A stretch of 64,000 nucleotides of DNA from an uncultured Planctomycetaceae bacterium. GTDB lineage: Bacteria; Planctomycetota; Planctomycetia; Isosphaerales; Isosphaeraceae. The position numbers were made by a program, and so were the translations under genes. Below are positions 42,201 through 53,319 of the stretch, piece by piece. The notes under the pieces are model-generated. The model had not been told where the DNA came from. It saw only the letters and a list, made by a program, of their open reading frames with translations, and did not search any database. The stretch is taken from contig CAWIAD010000002.1 of the NCBI GenBank assembly GCA_963833985.1, forward strand, positions 1,728,001-1,792,000. Reading direction: 5' to 3'. Every line of letters begins with the position of its first letter. Positions within the stretch are counted from its first letter, which is position 1.

Positions 42201-43523
42201 TCAAGAGGCGTCTTTCGGATAGTGTGGATTTCGCGGAGACTCGGACCAGAACCGCAGCCGCGAGCCGAGCTCGCGGAGCCGGCTGGTGTCGCTCTCGCGC
42301 CGGTTCTCGGCGGGGTTGCCATGTTGCGTGCGGTACTTGCGAACACGGCGCACCCTGCGCCGGACCTTGCGGGTGACGCGGGCCTGGCGCAGCCGCGTGA
42401 GCCGGCCAACGTGGAGCCGGTGGCCCCGCCACTGGACGCGGGTGTTGACCATGGCGTCAAACCAGAGAGGCAGCAGGAGCACATCCTTGATGGGAGAGAA
42501 AAGCAGCTTTCGAAGTCCCGGAAACCTACCGCTCAGCCAGCGCGTCTGGAACGCATCGCGGGCCATGCCCAGGCCGACGAGACCCGCCAGCCCGCCCCAG
42601 GCAATGCCCGAATCGCCAGAGAACGCCCAGACCAGCCCGACAGTCGCCAGGTTGGCCATCGGCTCGGACAGAAACGTGTACAGCGCCATCTGGCGGCGGA
42701 TCTTGTACCACCGCGAATGCCGGTTCAAGAACCAGTTGAACCCGCGCCGGCAGTTGACGTTATCAATCACGTGATGCGAGAGGCGAATGGAATAGCCGGC
42801 CTTGCGGACCAGGACGCCGATCACCTGGTCTTCCGCCAGCAGGTTGCGCACGCGTGCGAAGCCGCCGATGGCTTCCAGCACCTTCACCGGCATGAGCATC
42901 GACTTGCCGACGACGCAGGTGATCCGCAGCAATGACGCCAGTGCCATGCCCCCGGCGATGTACCCGTTGAGCTGGAGGTTCTCCATGATCGCGCCGGAGC
43001 GGACCTCGCCCACGCCCGCGAACAGGTTCGTCACCAGCCCGACTCCCGGCTCGGCCAGGTACGCGGCGGTCTCACGCAGGTAACAGGGCCGCACCCGGAC
43101 GTTCGAGTCGGAAATCAGAATCACGTCGTGCTTGCGAAACCGGTCCATCGACGCCAGGTTCTCGACCTTGGGGTTCAGCCCGAAGGCCGGCGCACCGACC
43201 ACCAGCCGGGCGTCCTGATCGGGGTACTCGTCCATCAGTCGCTGCACCACGGTAATCGCCGGGTCGTTCGCCTCGGCCACGCCGAAGAGCAACTGGTACT
43301 CCGGGTAGTCGAGGTGGAAGAAGCTCCGAAGGTTCGCTTCCAGCTCCTCGTCGAGCCCCTTGAGCGGCTTGAAGATGGTCACCGGCGGCGTGTAGTCGGG
43401 CAACCCCCGCCCCCGGCCGCGCCGTGTCACCCATCCCAGGGCCGCCATCGCGAGCAGAGTCGATAAAACCGCCACGATGGCCACCAGGCCGAGCAGCAGA
43501 TTCACATTCAGCGAACCGGGCAT
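42201..43523 (-). CDS. GT21 glycosyltransferase (ceramide glucosyltransferase/HpnI-like)
   Basis: FKPLKGLD, GLNPKVENL, ISDSNVRV, LAED and RHSRW. Confidence 0.9.
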   Translation of the reverse strand: MPGSLNVNLLLGLVAIVAVLSTLLAMAALGWVTRRGRGRGLPDYTPPVTIFKPLKGLDEELEANLRSFFHLDYPEYQLLFGVAEANDPAITVVQRLMDEYPDQDARLVVGAPAFGLNPKVENLASMDRFRKHDVILISDSNVRVRPCYLRETAAYLAEPGVGLVTNLFAGVGEVRSGAIMENLQLNGYIAGGMALASLLRITCVVGKSMLMPVKVLEAIGGFARVRNLLAEDQVIGVLVRKAGYSIRLSHHVIDNVNCRRGFNWFLNRHSRWYKIRRQMALYTFLSEPMANLATVGLVWAFSGDSGIAWGGLAGLVGLGMARDAFQTRWLSGRFPGLRKLLFSPIKDVLLLPLWFDAMVNTRVQWRGHRLHVGRLTRLRQARVTRKVRRRVRRVRKYRTQHGNPAENRRESDTSRLRELGSRLRFWSESPRNPHYPKDAS

Positions 43524-43701
43524 CTCAGGATCCTTTCTGGGTGGCTTTGAGTGGCGGGTGCGGTGTGGCGACTGCTGAGCCAGCGCGCCCGATTGAGGGC
43601 ATCGATCGGTCTTGCTGTGGGCTGATGAGCCCTGATAGGCCAGCGGCTGCTGGCCGCCTGCTGGTGGTCACTCGTCACAGTCTGGACAACACCGCTAGCC
43701 A

Positions 43702-44196
43702 CTATTCCCTTCCTGGTTTCATTCTCAGTTCCATCGGACCCTGGCAGCACGGGCACTGCTGAGGGAAACGAACGCTGATGGTGCAGATATTGCAATAGTA
43801 TTCGGGCGTTTGCAGTTTGCCGTCCTGCTCGATCTTGAAGTTCACCACCTGAAGATAGGGCAAGCCCGGATATTTCTTGCCACGCACCTCGGTGGGCCGG
43901 TCACGCAGCCGTTCATCCAGGAACAGGGCCCGGCTCGACTCGTCGCGGAGCAAGGGAGTGATCGTACCCCCTTCCTCCAGTAATACGATGGTTCCGCCCG
44001 TCGGTTCAGCATCCACGCGAATTCCCAGCCGCTTCGCGTTCAGCGCGGCCGCCAGCGTGACGACCCTGCCCCGGAGCACAACATCCTGCTCAGTCGTTCC
44101 GGCTTCCAGGCATGCGGCCAGGCCGCACACCACGCATCCCCAGGCCAGCAAAAGGATAAGGAACGTACGCGAGACGGTTCTCTTGCTCCGGAACAT
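43702..44196 (-). CDS. Exported hypothetical protein with C-terminal Cys-rich metal-binding motif
   Basis: Signal-like N-terminus; YYCNICTISVRFPQQCPCCQGPMELR. Confidence 0.75.
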   Translation of the reverse strand: MFRSKRTVSRTFLILLLAWGCVVCGLAACLEAGTTEQDVVLRGRVVTLAAALNAKRLGIRVDAEPTGGTIVLLEEGGTITPLLRDESSRALFLDERLRDRPTEVRGKKYPGLPYLQVVNFKIEQDGKLQTPEYYCNICTISVRFPQQCPCCQGPMELRMKPGRE

Positions 44197-44389
44197 GGGA
44201 GGCCAGCGAGTTGGAGTGGTGCGATCGGGATCGGTTCGCCGCCGAATTATATCGATCGCCACCATGGCTTCCTAGCCGGTTTCCGCTGTCCCGAAGTCAT
44301 TTCGTTCCCGGTCCCGGGTCATTGTTGCGATTCTTCATCCTGCTTCGTTCCTGTTTCGCGAAGCCTGACTCGGGCTTGTCCACTTCACG

Positions 44390-44467
44390 CCCACCCGAGG
44401 TGCAAGCGTGAGTGCCCGCAAGTCGTTGGCAGGACGGGAGAAACCCTCGAATGCACGTCGGGTTGGT
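44390..44467. repeat. REP-like imperfect inverted repeat
   Basis: CCACCCGAGGTGCAAGCG ... CCCTCGAATGCACGTCGGGTTGG. Confidence 0.55.
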
Positions 44468-44587
44468 ATCGGGTGTCATCGTTGTGCTTTACGAACGATC
44501 CGAGGCGGACCCGGCCGACACTGATCGCCGACGGGTGCAGGGAGTGTCCCGACAGCGCGCCCGCCTGATCCGAAAGGACGGCCCGGC

Positions 44588-45691
44588 TCACTGCGCAGCG
44601 GAGACCGAGCCCATGGGGCTACCGCGGATCGTCATCCCTTCGGGCAAGGGCCTGCCGGCGACGCTGAAATTGCGGGCGACGAGCTCCGCGCGGAGGCGGC
44701 GGTAGATATCGAAGCTGTCGGGGTACACCCAGAATGTGATGACGGCGCGGCCGGGGCTCAGCCGGTTGACGGCCCGTGCGTATTCCGAGACCGGGTTCCG
44801 TGTTGCCTGGAACGTCTCACCGCGATTCTGCGCCTCCGGGATGATCTCCCACCCCTTGAGGTCAAAACGGATACTCTGGCGCTGGATCAGCTCCTCGATC
44901 CCCGAATTTGCCCTGCCCAGCACGTAGCTCAGGGAGAACGCCCCGATGGGACCGACCTGGGACTGGATCAGGCCCGAGCGGTCCGACATGCGGATTCGCA
45001 CCTGAGCGTCCGCCTTGGCGAGGTCGAGCAGGCGGTCCAGGTTGATGTAGCAGACGCGGTTGCGGTGCAGCTCGAAGTGGTATTCGTCGCTCGCGGTGGG
45101 CCGTGCCACCGGGCTCTTGGTGAGGACCGTCGTGGCCTTGGGCCGCGGCATGGTCCTCAGGGTGCTGATCTCGGTCCTCAGCTTGTCCAGCTCGCCACGC
45201 AGGAAGCCTCCGCGCGCGGCCACGCGGCTGATCTGTGCCGACGGATCGCGAATCCGGAAGCCCAGCTTGCGGGCCAGGGCCGCGTCGAGCGCAGCCTGGT
45301 TGGCGGCCGCTCGAAGCCGGCTGGCGGCGTCGTCGGCGCGGGCTTCCGCCCGTGCCCGATCGCGGCTGGCCGCATCCAGCTCCGCCTCGGCTCAAGCCAC
45401 CGCGGCCTTGTCGAGACCGGGCGCAACAGCCGGTGGAGACATGGTTTCCGGAACCTGGACCTTGTCGATCGCCGCAACGGCTGGTCGGGGCACGGCCGGT
45501 TGTACCACCACCTGCGGTACGGGTTCCGGCGGCTTCTCCGCCGCCACGTGCGGTTGCGGCAACCGCGTCTCCGGCTCGGTGCGGACCTGCACCCAGAGGC
45601 TCATTCCCACCACGATCGCGAGCACGCCCGCCAGTTGTCCAACAGGACGGAGGCGGCCTGGCCCGGACCAGTTCATACGGTCATTCCCCAT
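44588..45691 (-). CDS. Membrane-anchored coiled-coil hypothetical protein, frameshift near 45390
   Basis: TM, Pro-rich linker, coiled coil, then a C-terminal domain ITFWVYPDSF..RPLPEG..GSPMGS (ORFs 45392..45991 and 44588..45223). Confidence 0.7.
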
Positions 45692-48495
45692 CACCAGGTT
45701 TCCTTCCCCAGCACATGAGGATCCTGGGCGCCTGCCACTTGCAGCGACATCGGCCAGCCCAGGCCCGAGAAGAGGATCTGCTTGCGCACGGCCCAGAAGC
45801 TCTCGCTGCCGCCATTCTCGATGAGGAACTTGACCCGGGGCCGTGGCCGGATCGACGGGTCGGATTCCGCCCGGCGCTGGGCCACGGCGACAAGCTCGTG
45901 CACCATGATGCTCTCCCTCTTGCCGTTTTCCAGCGTTCTGCGCGTGAGCTGGTAGCCGCCGGGATGGATCATCACGCCCCCAGGGCCGCACACCACCACG
46001 ATCTCGAACGGCACGTCGATCGCGTTGCTCGGCCGGTCCGGGATGCGGCTCGGGAACATCGGGTCACCCAGGGCATCCTTGCTCGCGGCCGATGAGGCCG
46101 AGGAGGGTGAGGCGCTATCGGCTCCGAAGACGAGACCGGACGCGCCGCTGGCCGCGGTCGCGGTGCCGCCCAGCATCGAAGCCAGGCTCGAAGCCAATTC
46201 CACCAGGTGGCGGGCTGGCCGCCCGGGGGTTCGCACTCGATGATGACGATGACGATGCCGAGCCGCTGGCAGTGAGTCCGGCCGCCGATCCGGAGCCGGC
46301 CGGAAGGTCGCCGGCAGGCCCGGAAGGTTGCCGCGGAGTTGCGGGGGCCGAACCTGGGCTCGAGCCAGCAGCCAGGCCCGAATCCGGGCTCGAGCCAGCA
46401 GCCAGGCCCGAATCCGGGCTCGAGCCAGCAGCCCGGCCCGAATCAGGGCTTGCCTCGAGCCTGAGGCACTGGCGGCCGCGCCGCTTGCCGTGGCGGCGGA
46501 TTCCTGTCCGCTGAAGCTCCCGTCCGGTCCGGATGCGGGAGGCACGAAGCTTCCTGCCAGCCCGGGGCCGCCGTCCTGTGGATCCGCGGTCGAACCCGCG
46601 TTGTTTCCTCGTCCGGGAACCAGGGACGTGCTGAGAGAGCCAACCGGTGCTCCGGCTACGCCCGAGCCCTCTGGAGGAGGAGGAATCACAGCGCCGGCGG
46701 CCGTATGCTCGCCGGCGGCCCGTCCGCCGCCGGGCCTTCCATCCTTGCCAGGTCCCGCACCACGCGCTCCGGCTGCTGGCCGCCCCGGGAAGGGCCCGGC
46801 CCCGTGGCCGCCGGAACCGGTGGCTTCCGCCAGGGCCGCGAGTGGCGGCGGCGCTCCCGCGGAGGTGTCGACCTCGGTCTCGCCCGATGCGTTGCCGGCT
46901 GGCTCCAGATCCGGCACGAGGGCGACTCCTTGATTGTTCCAGGCTCCCCTGGAACCCGTCCTGGATGCCTCTCCCTTCGGACCTCCCGCCTCGCCATCCC
47001 TGCTGCCCGGTGCTCGACCTGCATTCCCGCCCGCTAGCCCGGCACGGTCCCCCAGCGCGCCCGGCTCTGGCCAGGGTCTGAGCGCGGGATCGGATCGGAG
47101 TCCTGAGGGAGAGCCCGCTGCGCGTCCGGGTGCGGGGATCGATGCGGGGACCGGTGCCGATGCCAGCTCCGATTCCGATTCTGGTCCGGGCTGACCCGCC
47201 AAGGCGTCCTGCCGCCCGCCCGCGCCGGACGCGCTCGAGGACGATGCCGGGCCGGGAACATCCGCCATCCCGCCGGCGGTCGCACGGCGACGAGCTGGAA
47301 GTAGGTTTGAGCCGCCGGCATGGAGGTTCTGGCCGCCGGGCCGCGACGGCCACACGTAGTCGTTCGGCGCGGGACCACCGGCGTCGGGACCCTGTTTGTC
47401 CTTTCCGCTGTTGCCGCCAGATCGGCCGGCGAGCGGGCTTTCCGCCGAGGCGGAACGTACCGGCGACGCCGGTCCCGCGGAGGGCCAGGCCAGGCCGTCG
47501 CTCCCGCCGTTGCCTGCGCCCCGGGCGCCCCGAGCAACGGCTCCTCGATCGGAATGGTTCCGTCCCAGGTGGCCAGATTATCGAAGTCGGGAACATCCAC
47601 CTTGAGCCTCCTGGTCGATGAGCTCGTAGCCGAAGGCGATTCCCAGCGGCTCCAGCCGGGCGCGGATCTCGTAGTACGGGCGGATGCCGTCCGGCCGGAT
47701 GAGGAAGACAAAATAGGGGATGACCGGAGCGCCGTCGGGCGTATCGGAGGTCTGCACCTTGAGCAGCTCTCGCGCGATGGCCAGGATCACCGGGCTGGAA
47801 CGAGGATTGATCATGGTCGAAAGATCGACGAGCGTGAATGTCGGCCCCTTCGGACGCAGGGTCACGGTACCGTTGCTGCACTCCAGGACGATCGGCCGGC
47901 GCCAGGTTCCGTTGCTCCCCTTGTACGGAAGCACCGCGTACGTGCCTTGCCCTTGCTGGCCCCTGGCCACGGCCGCCTTGAGTGCGTCACGTTCCTGGGC
48001 CAGTACGTCGCGCTCCGCGGCCAGCGAGTCGATCTGCTGATCAATCTGTTTGGCGCGCTCGACGAGCGAGCTGACCTGCTGCTTGACGAGCATCTCCCTG
48101 CGCTGCCATCGCTCGGATTCGGCAACCGCCTGGACCCTGGCGCGCTCCAGTTCCTTGGCGCGGCGGTCTGCCTGATGGGCGGCTGCCAGCTCCTGCTCGG
48201 CGGTTGCTTGCAGCTCGGCCAGAGCCTTGCGCGTCGGATCTTCGGGGACCGGAGCCGGCGCTCTGGGCGGAGCCGGCGGCGGACTGGCAGGGGCAGAGAC
48301 CGACGGAACTCCCAAGGTCGGTGCAACGTCCGCGGGAACGCTGCCGGCACTGACCTCGGTAGCGACAAGCGGTACAGGAGCCGCATCGCTTTTTTTCCGG
48401 GTCGCAGCGGCCCGGCGATGAACGGACATTACCAGGTTCAGCGTTCCTCCGAGGCTGGCCAGGAACAGCACCAGGAGCGCACGCTCGATCCACAT
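45691..48495 (-). CDS. Large membrane-anchored hypothetical protein with Gly/Ser/Ala-rich linker; several frameshifts
   Basis: TM, coiled coil, FLIRPDGIRPY..FGYELID domain, long low-complexity region, C-terminal KFLIENGG..WPMSLQV domain; split over ORFs 47578..48588, 47034..47711, 45691..47355 and 46115..47881. Confidence 0.65.
46351..46450. repeat. 30-nt tandem repeat, about 3.3 copies
   Basis: AATCCGGGCTCGAGCCAGCAGCCAGGCCCG units; read SSPDSGLAAG on the minus strand. Confidence 0.9.
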
Positions 48496-48730
48496 TGTGC
48501 CTCGGGGCTGCCGCATCAGGCCCGAACTCCCAAGTCCCGCCGTTGATCCATGTCCGCCATTTTCACTCGCCTGGCCAGCTACCGGCATCCCGCGGATGAA
48601 AGCAGAGCGCGAGCCCTGCGCGAGATAACGCTTAGATCGGCAGCGCCGGATGCGGGTCTTGAACCGGAAGGAGGGGATGAGCCGGAAAGTCGAGGATCAG
48701 GGGTCGACCCACGTTACCCATTCGCGAATA

Positions 48731-49948
48731 TCAACCGGAGCGTACGGCATCGAACATGGCGACGACGTTCCGCGGAGGGACGTTGGCCATGATGTTGTGC
48801 ACTTGCTGGAAGACAAAGCCGCCGCCGTGGGCCAGCAACCTTACCTGCTCACGCACATGCTCGCACACTTGATGGGGCGAACCGGAGGGGAGTTCCGTGC
48901 GTGTATCGCAGCCGCCGCCCCAGAATGTCAGGTCCTTGCCGAATTCCCGCTTCAGCTCAGCCGCGTCCATACCCCGGCAGGAAATCTGGACGGGGTTGAT
49001 GGCGTCCAGACCAGCCTCGATCAAGGCAGGCAAGAGAGGTCGCACACCGCCGCAGCAATGGAGCATCACCTTGACGTCGGCAAGCTCCCTGGCCCGCTTC
49101 CAGAGCGCGGCGTGGCGGGGCTGGAAAAATGAGCGATACATCGCGGGCGACATCTGAGGGCCGGTCTGCATGCCCAGGTCGTCGCCGAAGACGATGATAT
49201 CGATGAATGGACCGACTGCGCTCAGGAACCGTTCAAGGTTGGCGAGGTGATGTTCCGTGAGCCGATCCAGGAAGGCGAGCGCCCGGGCCGGCTCGCTGGC
49301 CAGGAGCATCAAGAAATTGTCGTTGCGGTAGAGAAACTGGCCGGTCTCGAGCAGATTGCCGCCAAAGAGGCCGAGGATGGCCCGCCTGGAGTGCTCGCGT
49401 AAACGTCTCGCCCCGGCGGCCAGCTCCGCGGCCGTCGATCCGGGGATTCCCGGAGGTGCCCGCATGGTCGTCCACATGCTTTCGGCCAACGCCTCGACGA
49501 GGTGGTCGGGATCGTCCTGCTCGAGGAACGGCCAGTGGCATTGTTCAAAAAAGAGGGCGCCGTCCGGCATCCGGCCGATGACTCGCCCACTCGCTGAACG
49601 GAACACCCACTCATCGGACCGCCGTTCCGGCAGGGCCCAGGCAGGCATCTGGCAAGGCGTGCCATCGGGCAAGGTCCAGTCGGCCCAGGAGTCGTCATCG
49701 AGCGCGAAGCCGCGGCCGAGTTCGATGGTGTCGACCCCGAAGCGGTCCAGCACATCCTCGTCCACGATCGCGAGCTGCTGGATCGGGTCATAGACGCGAA
49801 TGGTCTTCGGCGGCAGCCCGAGACAATCCCGCAGTCGGGGGTATAGCACGGCGGCCACGCCCGAGGACCGATGGCCAGAGAAGTCGATCGGCACCAGATC
49901 CGGCTCACGGTGGTCGAGGGCGGCCAGCACGCGTTCGCGTGACGTCAT
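48731..49948 (-). CDS. Uroporphyrinogen decarboxylase family / MtaA-CmuA-like protein
   Basis: MTSRERVLAAL, GDDLGMQ, HCCG, FWGGGCDT and VHNI..VPPRN. Confidence 0.9.
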   Translation of the reverse strand: MTSRERVLAALDHREPDLVPIDFSGHRSSGVAAVLYPRLRDCLGLPPKTIRVYDPIQQLAIVDEDVLDRFGVDTIELGRGFALDDDSWADWTLPDGTPCQMPAWALPERRSDEWVFRSASGRVIGRMPDGALFFEQCHWPFLEQDDPDHLVEALAESMWTTMRAPPGIPGSTAAELAAGARRLREHSRRAILGLFGGNLLETGQFLYRNDNFLMLLASEPARALAFLDRLTEHHLANLERFLSAVGPFIDIIVFGDDLGMQTGPQMSPAMYRSFFQPRHAALWKRARELADVKVMLHCCGGVRPLLPALIEAGLDAINPVQISCRGMDAAELKREFGKDLTFWGGGCDTRTELPSGSPHQVCEHVREQVRLLAHGGGFVFQQVHNIMANVPPRNVVAMFDAVRSG

Positions 49949-50207
49949 GGGCGCTCCTCCTGCTGTTTTCAGCGAACCTCGTCCATCATAAGGGGAATAA
50001 CGCTTGGTCGCAACGGGCCGGACTTGCAGGTGGTTGCACGCGTGTGTTGACGCATGAATTGTTCGGTCTGGCGAGCGCGGTTTCTGCGAATGCCGGCCAG
50101 GCTCGAGCGAATGGACTTGAAAGCAGAAGCAACTTCACAGACGTGGAAATCAGAGATTGGAGAAGATCATGAAGCCCTTGTTTGTCAGCATCCGAGAAGG
50201 TCAGCGC

Positions 50208-50423
50208 ATGATTCACTGGAAGAAGATGATCGCGGTTTCCGTTGCCGTGATCGCCTTGTCCGTGGGCCTCGTGGAAGCGATCTGGTGGCTGGTCTTCGGG
50301 ACTCTGAGCCAGGGCGCCCTGGTACTGACGCTCGTGGTGGGCGTTCTCGTGTTTGTCCGTCTGGTTGCCCGCGCGGTCACTTACCAGGAGCGAGAGCTCG
50401 AGGTGACGGCGGAGCCGATGTGA
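50208..50423 (+). CDS. Small two-TM membrane protein
   Basis: Two hydrophobic helices; GAAGG SD. Confidence 0.6.
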   Translation: MIHWKKMIAVSVAVIALSVGLVEAIWWLVFGTLSQGALVLTLVVGVLVFVRLVARAVTYQERELEVTAEPM

Positions 50424-50528
50424 GGCCTACGGGGTTCTCGTCGGCTCCCTCCGTGATGCCGGGCAGGCCGGTCTCGCCTGCCTCGGCTGTGGTAATGGCC
50501 GTGCGCACGCTCGCGCCGGATGCGGGCC

Positions 50529-51086
50529 TCAGCGCTCGGCCTGCTGGTGGGCCTCGACGAACCAGAGCCACTTGTCGATGCCGCGCGAGACTTCGGTGAA
50601 CAGGTCGGCGGTGTCCAGGTCGCCCAGCTCGTTGGCCTCTTCGATCGCCTTCCGCGCGGTCTTGCCGAAGACCGCCAGCACAGTCGACAACGCCTCGACG
50701 TGGCTCTGGCCGTCCGCCGCATGAAGCGGGTATTCCGGCAGCGTGCTGCGCTGGGCGACCTGCCGGGCCGTGCCCAGGGCCACGCCGCCGAGCTGGACAG
50801 CACGCTCGGCCAGTTCGTCCACATATTCGCCCACGTCCCCATGAATCTTGTCAAACAGCTCGTGCAGGCCAATGAAGTTCGGCCCCTTGACGTTCCAGTG
50901 GGCCTGCTTGATCTGGGTCTCGAGGTCCTTGCAGTCGGCCAGCCTGGCGTTCAGCAAGTCGATCATCCTGCCGCGCGTGGATTCGGGTAGATCGTTCTTG
51001 GTTCTGAACACTGCCGCTCTCCTGGTGGCCTTCGGGGATGTGTTGACGACACGAGCAAATTCTACACCGGTGGAGACCGCCGTCAA
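50529..51086 (-). CDS. dps: DNA starvation/stationary phase protection protein Dps
   Basis: KQAHWNVKGPNFIGLHELFD, DELAERAVQLGG and DKWLWFVEAH. Confidence 0.96.
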   Translation of the reverse strand: MTAVSTGVEFARVVNTSPKATRRAAVFRTKNDLPESTRGRMIDLLNARLADCKDLETQIKQAHWNVKGPNFIGLHELFDKIHGDVGEYVDELAERAVQLGGVALGTARQVAQRSTLPEYPLHAADGQSHVEALSTVLAVFGKTARKAIEEANELGDLDTADLFTEVSRGIDKWLWFVEAHQQAER

Positions 51087-51358
51087 TGACGGACCATCCC
51101 CCCGACTGCTCGCCTGAGCCGCATCACCTTGTGTTTGATCATATACCGTTCTGGATGTGATGAGCCGTCGCTTGGAGGATCGAGGTTGATTGCCTCTGGC
51201 ATGAGAGTTGCACTTATGTGCCCCGATTAGCCTAGGTAAAGACAGGGGCCGGATATCCCCGTGGGACGCTCGCGCGGGGCTGGTCGGACGAAATGGGGCG
51301 TGGCCGCTCGAGCGTCGCTGGCTTGTACAGATGAACTCACCGGTCCAGAGAGGTCACC

Positions 51359-52033
51359 ATGAACGATCCGATCACGACGGGGACCGCGAAGTCCGCCTCG
51401 CCATCGGCTGCCGCGGCAGTCTCGGGCGCCCTTGCGCCGAATACGAGTGCGGGCCCCATGCGGGCGCAGGGAGAACTCAACCCGGCCGCGCAGGAACAGT
51501 CGCTCGGTGTCGGTACGGAAGGCGAGGTCTCCATCTGGAAGGGCAGATACTCGCTCAAGAACTTCATCCTGCGTACCATCGTGCGTGTGCTGGTGACAGC
51601 CGCCTGGGTGGGACTGCTGGCTTACCTGGGCGACCGCTACCACCGCCCGGGGCGCATGGACTGGGAGATCTTCGTCTGGATCACCGGGACGGCAATCGGG
51701 CTCTACTGGCTGCTGCTCCTCTGGCAGATCGTTCGTGCTCGCTTCGGTCATTTGTACGAACTGACCAACCGTCGCCTCTTTATCAACACGGGCTTCTTCC
51801 AGCGCAGGCGTGACCAGATCGAGTTGCTGCGGGTTCAGGACGTGTATGTCAAGCAGCAGGGGTTGTTGCACCGGATGCTGGGCGTCGGTACGGTCGTCAT
51901 CGAGTCGAGCGAGGAGCGGCTGCCCATCCATTATCTCACGGGTGTGAGCAACCCGGTGCCGCTGATGGACCTGATCTGGCACCATGCCCGCAAGGAGCGC
52001 GACATGCGCAGCGTGAAGGTGGACGAGGTGTAA
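51359..52033 (+). CDS. Bacterial PH-domain (bPH_2-like) membrane protein
   Basis: Two TMs, then YELTNRRL..TGFF..IELLRVQDV..QGLLHRMLGVGTV. Confidence 0.88.
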   Translation: MNDPITTGTAKSASPSAAAAVSGALAPNTSAGPMRAQGELNPAAQEQSLGVGTEGEVSIWKGRYSLKNFILRTIVRVLVTAAWVGLLAYLGDRYHRPGRMDWEIFVWITGTAIGLYWLLLLWQIVRARFGHLYELTNRRLFINTGFFQRRRDQIELLRVQDVYVKQQGLLHRMLGVGTVVIESSEERLPIHYLTGVSNPVPLMDLIWHHARKERDMRSVKVDEV

Positions 52034-52172
52034 GGATCACTCCCGCTCTTGAGCGCACTCGCTCTGGCAAGCCGCTGGCTCGGCTTGATCTGAGTGAGAC
52101 CGGTTTTCACCCGGATCGCAGACTGCCCCCCTATCAAAACTCAGAAACTGCCTGCAACCGTTAGAAAACACC

Positions 52173-52691
52173 CTAGACCGAGGGGAATGGCAAGAGGTCT
52201 GGACCGGCGGGGTGGCCGGACGGATGATCCGCCTCCGTCTGGCCGCTGGTTAAGGATTTACCGTGAGGCTCGTCGGTCCGCTCCGCACCCTGGCCCATGA
52301 ACTGGAGCAGGATCTGCCTGGAAGGCGGGTCGTCGCCATCAAGGGCCGCCGGATCGGCGGCCACCAGGTCCGTCCCGTGAGGTGCATCGACGAAGAAAAG
52401 AACGCGGGACCTGTCAGCGTCCACCACGCCGAGGGAAACGGAATCGCCGATCGGCACCACTTGCTGATTCACCAGGGTTAAATGGCAAACTTCCATGCCC
52501 GGCGGATTGGCCCTGGAAAGAGCATCCTGCCGCTCTCGCTGGTCTTTCCGCTCCGCCCCGCGGGTGAGTTGCAGGCTGCGCGGGGCGGTGAGGCGGACGC
52601 GGACGGTGGCCTTCGCCACGGTCAATACCTCAATGCGAATCATGCCATCAATCAGGATGGCTTCATTCTTCTTGCGTGACAGAACCACCAT
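52173..52691 (-). CDS. CsrA-like protein with a second degenerate CsrA-like domain
   Basis: MVVLSRKKNEAILI..IRIEVL..VRVRLTAPRSLQLTR aligns without gaps to CsrA residues 1-44; second repeat LTLVNQQVVPIGDSVSLGVV..RVLFFVDAP. Confidence 0.75.
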   Translation of the reverse strand: MVVLSRKKNEAILIDGMIRIEVLTVAKATVRVRLTAPRSLQLTRGAERKDQRERQDALSRANPPGMEVCHLTLVNQQVVPIGDSVSLGVVDADRSRVLFFVDAPHGTDLVAADPAALDGDDPPSRQILLQFMGQGAERTDEPHGKSLTSGQTEADHPSGHPAGPDLLPFPSV

Positions 52692-52851
52692 GCAGGCCTT
52701 CCGAGTGTGCTTGCCGAGCTCGCCAGGTTGGGCTGGACCTGGGTGGCGCGGCGCCAGGCAAATTCGACCTCGACGTGACTGCGCAAGAGTGCCGACCTTC
52801 GGGACCGGGCACTCTTGCGAATGACCGGCAGGGGCGAGCACTGGTGACCGT

Positions 52852-53319
52852 TCACGCTTCGAGTGCATCGGAGCGGTAGTCGGCTCCCTGGTTGAGCCGT
52901 TCGATCATACCGCGGAGGTTCAGCTCCTGGGTTCCGGCAAGTGGTTCAAGGTTCAAGAGCAGGTTCTCGCTCAGAATCGAGATTCTGATGGTCGCTCGAC
53001 TGCGGTCGACGGCCAGCAATTGCAGCTCGATGAGCCCGGTACCCACCTTGATGCGATCCCCACCCCGGAGGGTCATCGCCAGGTTCGTGAACTGCCGCGC
53101 CGGCCTCGTTGAGGTCGCGGGCGGCTGCCCGTTGCGGGCCCCTTCGCGGATGATGTGGACATCGGAGCGGCCCACGAAGCAAAACTTCGCGGATCCACCG
53201 CGGAACTGGACCGGTAGGAACGTGAGCAGATGCTCGTGGAGCAAGGTTCCATCCGAATGCCTCACCACGCGCTTGAGGTCAACGGGGTGGTCACGTCCGA
53301 TCTGAGTAGACACGTCCAT
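52852..53319 (-). CDS. Highly divergent protein with two CsrA-like repeats
   Basis: AGGAG SD; LTFLPVQFRGGSAKFCFVGRSDVHIIREG and LAMTLRGGDRIKVGTGLIELQLLAVDRSRATIRI follow the CsrA beta-strand pattern. Confidence 0.55.
   Translation of the reverse strand: MDVSTQIGRDHPVDLKRVVRHSDGTLLHEHLLTFLPVQFRGGSAKFCFVGRSDVHIIREGARNGQPPATSTRPARQFTNLAMTLRGGDRIKVGTGLIELQLLAVDRSRATIRISILSENLLLNLEPLAGTQELNLRGMIERLNQGADYRSDALEA

Noticed and set aside
46351..46450. 30-nt repeats as a CRISPR array
   Set aside because: No spacers, in-frame within a low-complexity coding region, and no cas genes
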